Source of the DNA: Rhizodiscina lignyota
Lineage: Eukaryota
Direction: 5' to 3'
Assembly: GCA_010015805.1 (NCBI GenBank)
Contig: ML978124.1
Location: 1,984,001-2,048,000, forward strand
DNA length: 64,000 bases
The position numbers and the translations under genes were made by a program. Below the pieces are notes generated by a model, which worked only from the letters and a program-made list of their open reading frames with translations, was not told the origin of the DNA and did no database searches. Below, piece by piece: positions 1-11,454 of the stretch (position 1 is its first letter; every line of letters starts with the position of its first letter).

Positions 1-586
1 AAGACGATACGTGGGGAGAGTGGTAGGCTGCTCTCTTGTGCTATTTGGTCTTGTAAGCATTGGGCAGGGCGAAGGCGTCTTGATATTAATAGCACTCGTC
101 TAAAATGAATTTTCACCGCATTGCTCACATCGGATCCCTGATCAATCGGAGAGGCATGTGATTGAGGTGAATGGTGCAGGTGGATTTCCTATCCCTATCG
201 TAAAGCCTTTATTCCCTTGGGGAAGCCAACACCGCTAACGCTGAATAATGTCGCTCGTGTGTGTTCCGTTTAACTTAACAACCCTCGCAGCCCCAGACCC
301 AATCGACGAACCAAAGGAAAGCAGCGTGAAAGAAGATGGGGACAAGAAGCATGGGCAGAGCTTTCAGAAAGGGGCACGCGGCGTACGATAGCACTCCGAG
401 CTTGAAGTAGGCGCGAGAGCTGCGCAGGAGCAGTGTCTGCACGTCGCTGTTTTCCGAAAGAAAAGGGGGAGTATCAGCATAAGTGTGGAAAAGTGAAATT
501 TGGGTGTGGCTCGCAGTCTCCGAGAGATATCATGTTGCTTTGCTTGTGTTGCTGCAGATGTGAAGTGGAAGGCGGCAATGTTTCTT

Positions 587-1524
587 TTACTTTTGCATCA
601 TCAACTGCACGAACTCGTTGTCTGCTCTGTAGTTAGCATTTGCACGTCTCAAGCTCCTAGAAGTGCGATCCGTACAGTCAATCCTGCCATCACCATCCTG
701 GTCCGCCTCCCGGATCATCTCGTCGACCTCATCGTCGGTCAGCTTCTCGCCGATGCTAGTCATGACGTGACGCAGCTCGGCGGCGGAGATGAAGCCGTTG
801 TTGTCGCGGTCGAAGACCTTGAACGCCTCACGGATCTCTTCTTCAGAGTCGGTGTCCTTCATCTTACGCGCCATCATGGTCAGGAACTCGGGGAAATCGA
901 TGGTGCCGTTGTTGTCGGCGTCGACCTCGTTAATCATGTCCTGCAGCTCCGACTCGCTTGGGTTCTGGCCGAGCGAGCGCATCACTGTGCCCAGCTCCTT
1001 GGTGGTGATTTGTCCTGCGATTGCAGATGTCAGTTTTTTGGCTCATTCCTGATGGGTCTTGTGAGGTTCCGTGGAGCTGTGTCTCGTGCGCGCGGCTGGG
1101 GATTGATGTTGACCGGTTTGTGGAACGCAAGTTGGCAACATTGTATGAGACCAGGCAGTCGCGAAGGGAATTTGAATGAGATTGGCGAAGCAGAGTTCAC
1201 TCACCATCGCCATCTTTGTCCTGTATTGCAGGCAATTGCGTCAGCAAATGACATGGTAATACCAAGGGAAGTCGGGCGTTAGGCAGCAAGAAAGCTGGCA
1301 GCACATGTGTGATTGAGGTGACTTACAAAGAGGGAAAAGGCCTCCTTAAACTCGGACACTTGCTCTTCGGTGAGAGAATCGGCCTGAGTGGCATAGTCAG
1401 TGCTTCGATGATTTCATTGCTGCTGTATGCATGGTGGGGGAGAAGCGTCGCAGGGCAATTTTCAAGGCGGGGTACAGATCAAGGACCGGTGAGGACTTTG
1501 GAAGTGAGCAGGAGGGTTTACCAT
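587..1524 (-). CDS. cmdA: Calmodulin, 5 exons (1522-1524, 1327-1383, 1205-1220, 676-1014, 587-621)
   Basis: Spliced translation [49 protein letters not shown]...[18 protein letters not shown]; four EF hands; GT-AG introns at typical fungal positions. Confidence 0.98.
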
Positions 1525-1910
1525 TGCGAAGAAGGTGTCGCGGGGAGTGTGTGAAGTTGTTGGAGGATTTGGCGCGTGTTAGAGGGAGATACGGTGGAGT
1601 TTGTGGGTGTATGTGGTGTGAAGAGGGCGGTAGGGTGTTTTGTGGTCAAGCAACAGCGGGAATGAAGGGGAAGGCAGAGCTGAGACGACCGTACGTCAGG
1701 TGCTAGGCAACAAGTGGCTTAGCGCAGCGAGACAGAGCCGCGGTCACGTTGCAAGGCGAAGCAGCAACCTTGAATGAGATACTCCGTACAGCTGTAGGGA
1801 CGACTGGCAACCGCGCAATCACGAGCTGCTCTTTCACGAGGCGGCGGCGGAGGTGGTGAAGAAAGAGAAAGCACACTCTTGCAGAGAGCGCCTTGCTCTC
1901 TGCCTGCGTC

Positions 1911-3227
1911 ATGTGGCGCGACAGGACCAACCTGTGAGATATTTTCCATGCCTGGGGAAGGCCAGCAATGGGCGCAGCAGCTAACTGCAGGCAGCTTCAT
2001 TTCCTACCGCCAATCGTATGCTCACCACCCGGCGAAGAAGTCTCGCTATGCCGGGCCCTCGTCGAACGGCTATGGAGACCAGTCTTCCCTTTCGGAGGAC
2101 CGCCGCGGCCTCCTGTCCGCTGGAGCCTTCGAGGACGATGGCGATGCCATCATCGAGATGGACCTCCTGCCGCCCCGGTGGCTGGACATTCAGGACGAGG
2201 TGACGGAGCATCTTACCGAGATAGCGAAGAAGACTAGGCAATTGGAGCAGCTGCACCAGAAGCACGTGCTGCCCGGCTTCGATGACGAGGACGTTAAGAA
2301 AAGGGAGGAGAGGGAGATTGAGAAGTTGACGCAAGAGATAACGAGAAGCTTCCACTCGTGCCAGACAGCAATCAAGCGCATCGATGGGATGTTGCGCGAG
2401 AGTCAACAGCAAGGGAACTTAACGAGCGCAGACGAGACGATGGCGAAGAACTTGAAGATTTCGCTGGCCACAAGAGTTGGTGAAGTCAGCGCATTGTTCC
2501 GGAAGAAGCAAGCGGCGTATTTGAAGAGTCCGTTCCCCGCGAAAGAATCATCTTGTTGAGACACTGTGCTGACATGGTAGTAGAGTTACGTGCAATCAGC
2601 GGCTTCGCTTCACCTCTCCCCGGTGCCTCCACACCCGTACAAAACCCCTACACCGACCCTTCTCTCATGGACTCCGAAGTCGACCGTACTATCTCCCTTA
2701 ACGCCCTCCAACAGACCGCGCAAAAGCGGGAGCAGAAGCTCATCAGTAACCCCAACGAAACAATCATCGCGCAGCGTGAGCGCGAAATCGAGGACATTGC
2801 CACTGGCATCATCGAACTATCAAACATCTTCCAGGAGCTGCAAACCATGGTCATCGACCAAGGGACAATGCTAGATCGCATCGACTACAACGTGGAGAAG
2901 ATGGGCGAAGAGGTCAAGGGCGCCGAGAAGGAGCTGAAGGTTGCAACCAACTACCAAAAGAGAAGCGTGAAGAGGAAGATAATGCTGTTATTGTTGCTCT
3001 GCATAGTTGGATTGTTCATTGTATTGGGATTGAAACTTGGAACAAGAGGTGGAAGAAAAGAAACTAGCAGCCCCCCGACTGAAAATCCACCAGTCCAGCC
3101 TCAGGGTGTTCCGGGTGACGGAGCTCCTTTTAAAATGCCTAGAGCATCATCGTTCGACTTTCGAAATGAGAATGTCAGGCACAGGAGGGATTGGCGGCGC
3201 AGGAAACGGGAGTATGACGATCGATAG
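1911..3227 (+). CDS. TLG2: Qa-SNARE syntaxin Tlg2/syntaxin-16, 2 introns (~1934-1994, 2528-2583)
   Basis: N-peptide MWRDRTNL, LPPRWLD, SNARE motif (EREIEDIATGIIEL...DQGTMLDRIDYNVE) and C-terminal TM helix. Confidence 0.93.
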
Positions 3228-3484
3228 CGGTTTTCGTTTTTGTATGAATATGCGTGCTTTCTCTCCAACGGTTGGGACTGATGAAATTACATTGCTTCGT
3301 TTGCTCCTCATGTTCCTCGGCCCAGTTTGGGTTGTTGTACCGCAAGAACCTGTCATAGAGCGGCTGAATAGCCCCGGTGGCCTTCTCGAAACTGTAGAAA
3401 TTCCTCCTCGGTCACTTTGCTAGCGACATATGACGAAAAGAAGGTTGCTCCTTTTAACATGATAGTGGAAGTCCCGTCGATCAT

Positions 3485-3808
3485 TTACCGATAGTCAAAA
3501 CACAGCTTTGCGCCCTTTTCCTCCCACATTTTCAAGAAGTCGATCGGTTTATCTACTTTCGCATCGCTCCAACACAGCTTTATTCCTTTCTTGCCTTTAT
3601 GCTGCTGCGCTGGCAAGATGGCGATCAGTTCATCTAGTTCATCGCTGCTCAAGTCCCCGTCATATGGGACTTTCCATTCTTCCGACGTGTCGCGCTCGCT
3701 CGCTCGTTCCGACTGGACTTCGTCCCTCCTAGCCTTGTTGGCTACTGGAGCGGCGGCGACGGTGATTATGGTGAGCGCAATGGCGAAGAGGCAGACGAGA
3801 AGCTTCAT
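3485..3808 (-). CDS. Small secreted protein (~107 aa), unknown function
   Basis: Signal peptide MKLLVCLFAIALTIITVAAAP, dibasic RR, TATATAAA ~100 nt upstream (3908-3915). A possible intron at 3420-3488 could extend the ORF to a stop at 3353. Confidence 0.65.
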   Translation of the reverse strand: MKLLVCLFAIALTIITVAAAPVANKARRDEVQSERASERDTSEEWKVPYDGDLSSDELDELIAILPAQQHKGKKGIKLCWSDAKVDKPIDFLKMWEEKGAKLCFDYR

Positions 3809-4942
3809 GATTCGTTCGTTGTCTATCAATTCAACCCCACACGATTTGAAATTTGAAATAGATGATGGGGAAAAGTTCATTCTTAGCTAGGAGTGCGCCT
3901 GGAGCCCTTTATATACTCTAGGATCTTACTCTCATGCTCAGCGAAGGAAACGTTGAGCACAGCAGACGAGCGAAAGCGAATCTCGATGTTGATTTTTGAA
4001 ATGAACCGATTTGGTAGGTCATGCTGTTGAAGTGGAGGAGGCTCAGACACCGTTGGAACTTGCGGTCTCGACGATTCTGCTTCGTTAGTTTGGCTCCACC
4101 AAGGAGGAACAAACAATAGGTCCCAATATCTCAAGACTTATATTGAATTTCATTCATCTATATAGTGCAACAATCGGCGAGAGCGGCGATGCAGATGAAG
4201 AATGAGGGAGGAAACCATTCTACGAAAACGCTACCTACGTTATGCCTGTGCAGTGCCCAGTTTCTGTGGGGACACACTCAATTTCTAGTTAGCTAGTACC
4301 AATCTTTGGGTACGCTTTGTGTACCGCTACCGGGCATATGAGCAAACGTGTAGGTGCGGTCAACCCAGAACTTAGTCCGAGTTCTTCGTATTCCGTACTC
4401 TTGTAAATGCTTTCGTATTGCGGGGATTCCGTTCGCTGGATAATCTCCAAGTTATGGAAAACTGTGTGTCTGCTGATACTTACCGTCCAGCTTGAGGGAC
4501 GGTTCATTGGCTTGACCAATCGACTAGTTTCAGGCATCTGCAAAGGGCAGCGCGCATGAAACCTAGCATTGATTTTAACTTTTCAATATCGTCAGGGAGT
4601 CGCATATGGAGCCGGAGACTTCGTCAAAGGTCGAAAATCCACGGCTATGAGCGAAATGTGGAGGTTGACTAGGCGTCGTTAGAGCTACTGAGCTGACTAT
4701 TAATCGCAGTCAATTCTTACTATTTCAGAGGTACACATATAGGATTATGGTCGTCGCACTGGCGTTTGTTACGGACGAAGCGGTCGCGCGACGAGCCATG
4801 ATTGATGCGGATACATGTCACTCGAAAAATGCATGAGATGGGTAATTATATGCCATTCAAGGGTCTCTGGGGCAGTTCAGCAATGGTGACAGAACAATTC
4901 ACTATCGCTCTACTCACCTTCCCTATTGTCTCCAAGCAGTTG

Positions 4943-6322
4943 TCATTTGATATAGGTTCCATACTTGGCAAACTCCTCATCTGCTCTCAGCCTTTCGATA
5001 TCTTCATCTCTCAAACAAACCGCCATCGCGACTTCACTGTCCTGGCGCTTGGGTAGCATGTACATCAAACCCTCGACTGGAACAAATTGCGGTCTGCGCA
5101 CCGCTTCTGGCTGTCCCAAATCAAGGCCGAACTCAAGCTCGTAGCAGTCCAGCTTCACCCATGAACTGAGGGCGATGTCTGTAGAGTAGTCCATGTCTGA
5201 TAAGAATGTCCTGTTCTTGTCCTTCGAGGGGCGGCTTAAGAAAGTCGCCAAGGAGCGAGTATTGTATGCGAGTTGCGATGTCTTTGGGTCGACAGCTGAG
5301 CGAAACTGTGATGCGATAGCACCCAATGATTCCTCAACCAACTTTTGGGTCGGATATATGTGATAAGTCATGTTCTGCACCAGTCCTGGAAATGTCTCTG
5401 GAATGTTCAGGTAGCGTCGCACATTGACAGCTCGGGCGAATATAGTTTCAGCAGCAGGATCTAATCGTGGAAGTCGGGCACGAGTAACAGACTGCCAGAT
5501 TAACGCAGTGAGAGCATCGTCAGTCGAGATGTAGCCTGAAGAACGGGGAACAGTTTCCATGGCAAGAGATTTCAGAGCGATGAGCGAGTCTTCACGGAAC
5601 GCAAAGTCGACCCAAGAACATTTCGGAAGGTCAGTGGCCTCATTGGGACTGGAATGAGATGGGTTGGGTTTCCTAGATGGAGGACCAAGCTCTGGGCCTG
5701 GTTGATAGGGATCATTCAGTAATGGGATGATATTGTGCCGGGGAAGGTTGCCAGTTGAGAGCTCCTCGTTTGTGAAAGCCTCATTGCAGCAAGCTTTCGA
5801 AAAGAGATGGATAACGTGACCTTGGGCTACTCCATCCATCGTCTCATGCGCAGCGAGGAATGTAAGCAGGAGAGCACCGGCGATGAAAGTGGCCTGGACA
5901 AGGAAGACCGGACGTGATGTTTCTTTAGATCCATCTGGAAGAGTCTTCCGTGGTGCGACGTAGCCTTCGTCTAGCATTCTCATGGGGAACTTTGCCCGCC
6001 TGAGCGCGTCCATCGTTGGTATTGAGGCATCGTTACTGAAATCTCTGACGATCAGAGGAGGAGTTTTCTCAAATGATTTGATCTTCGTCTCTGTGCTGCC
6101 TCCGTCTACAGCGTCTGTAACGATCTGACCAGCTACCCATGGAAAACTCGCGGACAGTCTTTCTAGACCTTTCGTTAGCGTGTTGATGATTACTGAGTGT
6201 GATGAAGTATCGGTCAACGCAAAGCAGAGGCATATCTGGGTATAGATCGGGACTGGTAACAAATGTTGTTCCAGAGTGCTCAGCTGCACGTCCAGGTCAT
6301 CTAGAGAAGCAGAGCCACTCAT
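4943..6322 (-). CDS. Trichothecene 3-O-acetyltransferase-like (Tri101/Ayt1, BAHD-type transferase), intronless
   Basis: HETMD (HxxxD) motif, ISTDDALTALIWQ, ARAVNVRRYL, LSSW and LEFGLDLGQPEAVRRPQF, all typical of the Tri101 family; ATG at 6322. Confidence 0.88.
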   Translation of the reverse strand: MSGSASLDDLDVQLSTLEQHLLPVPIYTQICLCFALTDTSSHSVIINTLTKGLERLSASFPWVAGQIVTDAVDGGSTETKIKSFEKTPPLIVRDFSNDASIPTMDALRRAKFPMRMLDEGYVAPRKTLPDGSKETSRPVFLVQATFIAGALLLTFLAAHETMDGVAQGHVIHLFSKACCNEAFTNEELSTGNLPRHNIIPLLNDPYQPGPELGPPSRKPNPSHSSPNEATDLPKCSWVDFAFREDSLIALKSLAMETVPRSSGYISTDDALTALIWQSVTRARLPRLDPAAETIFARAVNVRRYLNIPETFPGLVQNMTYHIYPTQKLVEESLGAIASQFRSAVDPKTSQLAYNTRSLATFLSRPSKDKNRTFLSDMDYSTDIALSSWVKLDCYELEFGLDLGQPEAVRRPQFVPVEGLMYMLPKRQDSEVAMAVCLRDEDIERLRADEEFAKYGTYIK

Positions 6323-6576
6323 CTTAACAAGTATTCCCAATTTGGCGTAAGGCTTACACGCTTCCAAGAAATGGCCCGGATACCTTGCGGTACCTTACGA
6401 GAGGAAATCCGGAACAACTTCGTCGGAGCTGGTGCCAAGGTAGCGCCACATCCATGCCACTCCGCCGGGAGAGGAAGCTCGGCATCCATCTCAGGCACGG
6501 CTGCCGCTACGTCAGTCCGTTAAACGTTGGCAACATCGAAACACCATCATCCGCCCATATTGGCAGCATAGTCAAG

Positions 6577-7284
6577 ATGGGTAAGCGCGTCGTCACCCTC
6601 TGCAAATTCGTCGGGACCGTGAGCTTGGGCTTGCTCACTGTATGTTTCCCTCCCTCGCCTTGTTCTCGATATCATTGTCTTTGAATGGTGCCTGTGCTGG
6701 CATCAGCTATCGCACCTCTTGAAGCTTTGCAGGATACTAATTCGTGGTCACAGGGTCTCTCATATACACTCTCAACATCCACTTTACCAGCGTTGCTAGC
6801 CCTTCCAACAGCTCCAACAGCATCCCGAGCATATTCCGCACTCAAGAGCACAGCGCTTCGGCATTCTCGTCTTCTGACGAACATATCTATCGCCTCCCTC
6901 GCCTTCGCCTATATCCTATCCCCACCAAGAGCGAAGCACCCTTACCTGCTTTGGACCGGACTTATCACTGGTCTTGGCTCTTTCGGTGTTGATTACTTCT
7001 TTCGAGGCACAGCGGACGTTCTCCCAGTCACATCGTCAAGTAGAGCTGAGTTCAGAGATGGAAGACAGACCGTTGTGCTGGATGCGGATGAGGAGATGGG
7101 TGTCAAGAGCGTGAGCAGCGAGAACGGTGAGACAAGTGGCAGCGAGCACGACGAAGAGGAGGTCAACGGAGAGGAGCTGAGGCGGGCGATGGAGCGGTTT
7201 CGGACTGTACAGGGAATAAGAGCTAGTGTCAATGGGCTGGCATTTGTGATGGGCGTTGTTGGGATTTGGGGAGATGGATTTTGA
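6577..7284 (+). CDS. ATG33: Atg33/Scm4-like mitochondrial outer-membrane protein, intron 6640-6753
   Basis: CKFVGTVSLGLLT|GLSY, KHPYLLW, VNGEEL and C-terminal MGVVGIWGDG typical of the family. Confidence 0.75.
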
Positions 7285-7416
7285 AACTGGCAACATGGTC
7301 TGCCCTTACATACGGAGTGTAACGGAAATGTACTCTTCTCGGATCAATGATAACGATGCTCTGCTCTATAAATTGAATAACATTCCAAGAAACTCGTGAA
7401 GCTCTTTCTAAAGGAT

Positions 7417-8740
7417 CTATTGCTGCTTCCCAAACCTTGGTCCGTCTCTCACGACGCCCCTTGCCATCTGCAACTGTTCATCCGTCCTGCAGACCAGGAC
7501 CTTATGTCTTGCCTCCTTGTCCGAAATGTCCACAACGACGTCTTCCTTCTCCGCAGCATGCACGTTCTTCTCTCCATCGAGGCCAAACCCTAAGCATTCG
7601 AAATGCGCTATGACCGCATCTCTTAGCTCTGCGCCCTTCTCTCCAATGCCCCCAGCAAACACCATCGCATCGACCTTGCCGCCAAGCTTAACATAATATC
7701 CTGCCACAAAGTTAAGGATCCGATCGACGAAAATATCAAACGCCAGCTTGCACATCTCATCGCCTTGTGCCGCTTTCGTTGAGATTTGACCAAAGTCTGT
7801 GGTCCCTGTCAGTGCCTTCCAGCCGCTCTCCTTGTTCAAAATCTCCTCGGCCTCCGTAAGTCGCATGCCTTTCGCAGCGTTATGGCTCAATCGCCCTGCG
7901 TGATGCGTGTAGTGGAAAATGAGACTCGGATCCACACTGCCTGAACGTGTGGCGCCTGGTAAACCAGCCAGCGGTGTCAAACCCATGCTGGTATCATAGG
8001 AAAGCCCATTTTTTACGGCACATACAGAGGCACCGGACCCAAGATGGAGCGCGATGATGTTAAGTGAGGATAAAGGCTTATCGAGGTACTCAGAGATTGC
8101 GGAGACGATGAAGCCATAGGACAGACCATGGAAACCATATTTTCGGAGCTTGTTCCTGTTTGCAATTTTCGGGTCAATGGCCTGCGCAGTGATCTGCTTG
8201 GGAATTGTGGCGTGGAATGCAGAGTCGAAGAATGCAATGTTAGTTGCGTGTGGAAGATGGTCATGTATGGCACGAACAAGTGACAAAGCGGCGGCATTGT
8301 GTCTTTTAATCAGTTAGCACACACTGAATACATAACGGCTGACGGAGGGTCAGTACTCACAGCGGCGCCAAATCACTCAGCTCTTCCAGCTTTCCATAGG
8401 TGTCCTTGTTGATAATCTGCGCTTCTGAGAAATCACCTCCATGAACAACACGATGGCTTGCGAATTTGATGCTCTCTTTGTCCTTCACTTCGGGCAATCC
8501 ATCATCATTCAGAAACCGGTCAAGCAGGTCTTTAAAAGCGCTTCCTTGGTCGTGCACATCTGTGACATCTTCGCCTTTGATCCTCACGTCGCCACGGTTG
8601 TACTTGAGCTTCGCTGGTGGCGCGGTGAGACCATCGATCTGGGCCTCTGCTAATTGGATTGGATTGGGCGAGGTGGATTTGTAAACTGAGACTTTGAGAG
8701 AAGATGAACCGGCATTGATTGACAAGATGATCTCCGACAT
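7417..8740 (-). CDS. ackA: Acetate kinase, intron ~8303-8360
   Basis: ILSINAGSSSLK, HRVVHGG, LAPL|HN, KYGFHGLSY, HLGSGAS, TSMGLTPLAG, FAGGIGE. Confidence 0.96.
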
Positions 8741-10154
8741 GTTGCACGGATCAAGGCCTTGTTGCAACTCAGCCAGCAGATCGCAACGAATACGAGAAGT
8801 CGCTGGAGCTCAGGCGTTCACATGCGAGAGACTGTGATAAATGAAGGCGCCATCAAACTCTTTAAGTGAAGTTGGAAATGATCAAATCTGAAGCCAATTG
8901 GAGGGAGACCTGCATGAAGTTTCCAGATCCGAAGACCGGAGGATCCGGTAGGTTAAATTAGTGGTGCAGAGAGGCAAGGCGCTGGCATGATCATTCACCT
9001 GTGATGGGGTGACTGAAAGCTCCAATCGCCGCTACCTCATGCAGGGGACCGCTCAACGTTGAAGCGCAAGCATCCAGCATCGCGGCAGCACCGTGAAGGC
9101 TTGGTCAATTGAGGAATTGGCATGTTTGCCTCCTATTAAAGATTAGATGGAGCTCGTGTCGGGAAAGAAACGCAATTCGTGATTGATGTCACTTGTGCTG
9201 GAGACGACGTTGAGTTCGGAGACCGTGCGCTTCCAAGGTTCCCAGAGTTCACTGCACATCACCTCAATGAGCATCAACATCAGAGCACAAATGTTTTGGT
9301 TGATGGAAGAGCAAAATCATCGCAATTCGCTATCTGATGGAGTCTTTGGGGGCACGTGTGGCTAATGAGTTTGTGGAAAGAGCATAGTACATACTTGGAA
9401 ACAGCGGAAAATTCACGCTATGTCCAGAGCACCTTCTCCCGAGTTCGCTGCACTCGCATCGCTTTCCTCAGAGATGAAGAGGATCAACTCAAGAGAGAGT
9501 GGCCTTGTCCAATCAATCAATTGTTGACGTTGATGATCTGAGGACTCGACGAAGTGCGACTTCCTCTGAGCTTGCGATCACATCACGGCGATGGGTTTTT
9601 GAGCGAGAGCAAAGGGGATATTTAGAGAAAGAGTTTCGGAAACCTCACATGTCGACTTGTTCTTTCGTCGATTAAAGCTGTGATTGGTAAGGAGCGGGCC
9701 TTCTGATTGGACTACGTGAGGCTCTGTTGTGGTTTGTTGCGCCTGCGCGACTTCTACCTTCTCACGATCTTGCCTCCATGCCCCTTATGCCTTCCTATTC
9801 TTCAAAGTCCTTGAAGAAGGCTTAGTGCCTTGGTGATGGAATCTGCCCGGCAATTGTATAAGTTCCCTGCCCTCGCAGTTTCAAACGATTCTTCTTTTCC
9901 TCAACATCAATCAAAGCGAACATTTCTCAGCAACAGCATCTCTCACCGCGAAGACATCTGGTCAGCCTCTCTTCACTCCACTCCTCTTCCATTGATATCT
10001 TTGCTAACATCTTTTGTCACAGATAACCTTGATCTTGCTCTTGCTTTTGCCTCTGCTTGGCTCTGCTCCTAGCATGTAAGTCTCATCACTCTTCTCAGTT
10101 CGACACATTGCTAACGTCTCCACAGCTTTCGCAGTTAGCTCAAACACCGCAACC

Positions 10155-11291
10155 ATGGTCAATCTCATCATCACTCTTGCCTCTCTGGCCGCGTTTGGCA
10201 TCACTTCCGTCACTGCCAACAAGGAAACGGTCAAGCTCAAGCTCGACCTCTACACCGGTGCCTTTTGCGACGGCCAGATGAGCCCAATGGAGAAGGAGAT
10301 CAAGGAAAACAAATGCGTCGATTCCAATCACCCGTTCCAGAGCTTCAAGTACAAGCTGCGTGATGATCACGTGTACAACCGCGACAAGAAGGAGTGCCGC
10401 GTCGAAGTCTACCAGAAGTCCGATTGCGACGGCATAATGTTCCTTGTGCCGAACTTCGATCCCCAAAATGACTTTGGCCCTTGCCAGCAGGATCTGGTGA
10501 CCCAGGCCCTCCAGTACCCCCAGAACAAGGATCTCGTCAACTTCTCCTCTTGGAAGCTCATCTGCGGGGAGAAGCCAAAGTCATCGTCAAAGCCTGTCAC
10601 CACTTCCTCGTCCTCCGTCGACCAGACTTTCACAGTCGTCCAAATCCACGAAACCAAGCAGCCTCTTGTTGCCCACGACTTGCCGGTCTCTGTCACTGCT
10701 ACTCACGTGTACCTCCCTGCCGAGACGTCGCACATCAACATTGGGCCTCAGATGACGACCCTCAGGCCCGCCGAAACGTTGGTCTCTGTCATGCAGGATC
10801 AGAGCAGGATCACTGAGAGCGCCACGACAACACTGTACAAAGAGGAGACAACAATGGTGTCCGAACAGATATCCTACGTCCGCCCGACAACGTCAATCAT
10901 CAGCCAGGCACCGGACACAACCATCGATGAGCACGTGGTATCCTCTGTGACTGTCGAGGCCGAAACCAGCACCGTCTCAGAGGACACTACCGTCGTCCAG
11001 CCAATCACCACTGTCGTCACCATGTCCGAATCCACGACAGTGTCTCCACAGTACACCATCGTCACCACAGCAGCAAGGCTCCACGCCCGTGACGTCACGC
11101 GCGGCCCTGTCTCTGCTTCCTTTGTAACAGAGATGGACAAATATGACATCACTGAGTTGGAGCAAGATCTGTCTTCCGCCTTCGCCGATGTCGTCGGCTT
11201 CACCGGAGACTTTGTTGAGGACTTGAACCGTGCCATTCAGGAGATCCAGGAGGACTTCGACGAGTTGGACGAGGCGTCGGCGTCCGACTAG
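10155..11291 (+). CDS. Secreted protein: signal peptide, 6-Cys domain, Thr/Ser/Val-rich stalk, acidic tail
   Basis: 378-aa ORF, good start context (GCAACCATGG), strong coding-like codon bias, hydrophobic N-terminus; two apparent 5'UTR introns (9961-10022, 10076-10125). Confidence 0.8.
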   Translation: MVNLIITLASLAAFGITSVTANKETVKLKLDLYTGAFCDGQMSPMEKEIKENKCVDSNHPFQSFKYKLRDDHVYNRDKKECRVEVYQKSDCDGIMFLVPNFDPQNDFGPCQQDLVTQALQYPQNKDLVNFSSWKLICGEKPKSSSKPVTTSSSSVDQTFTVVQIHETKQPLVAHDLPVSVTATHVYLPAETSHINIGPQMTTLRPAETLVSVMQDQSRITESATTTLYKEETTMVSEQISYVRPTTSIISQAPDTTIDEHVVSSVTVEAETSTVSEDTTVVQPITTVVTMSESTTVSPQYTIVTTAARLHARDVTRGPVSASFVTEMDKYDITELEQDLSSAFADVVGFTGDFVEDLNRAIQEIQEDFDELDEASASD

Positions 11292-11454
11292 TAGGTCAAT
11301 TTGCGGTGGTTGTCAGCGATGTCGTCCTTGATTCTCAGACAGGGTTGTCTCTTCCTCCGCTGACTGCGGACATTAACATGTGTAGCCTTTGCTTTGTGCT
11401 TTTGACTTTCGTCTGGTAGTTTCAATACACTTTTTCTTCACTTTACCAAGACCC

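Noticed and set aside
500..1282. 260-aa + strand ORF, and similar antisense ORFs at 26182-27625, 36213-36863, 53932-54738, 59139-59915
   Set aside because: Antisense shadows of codon-biased genes on the other strand.
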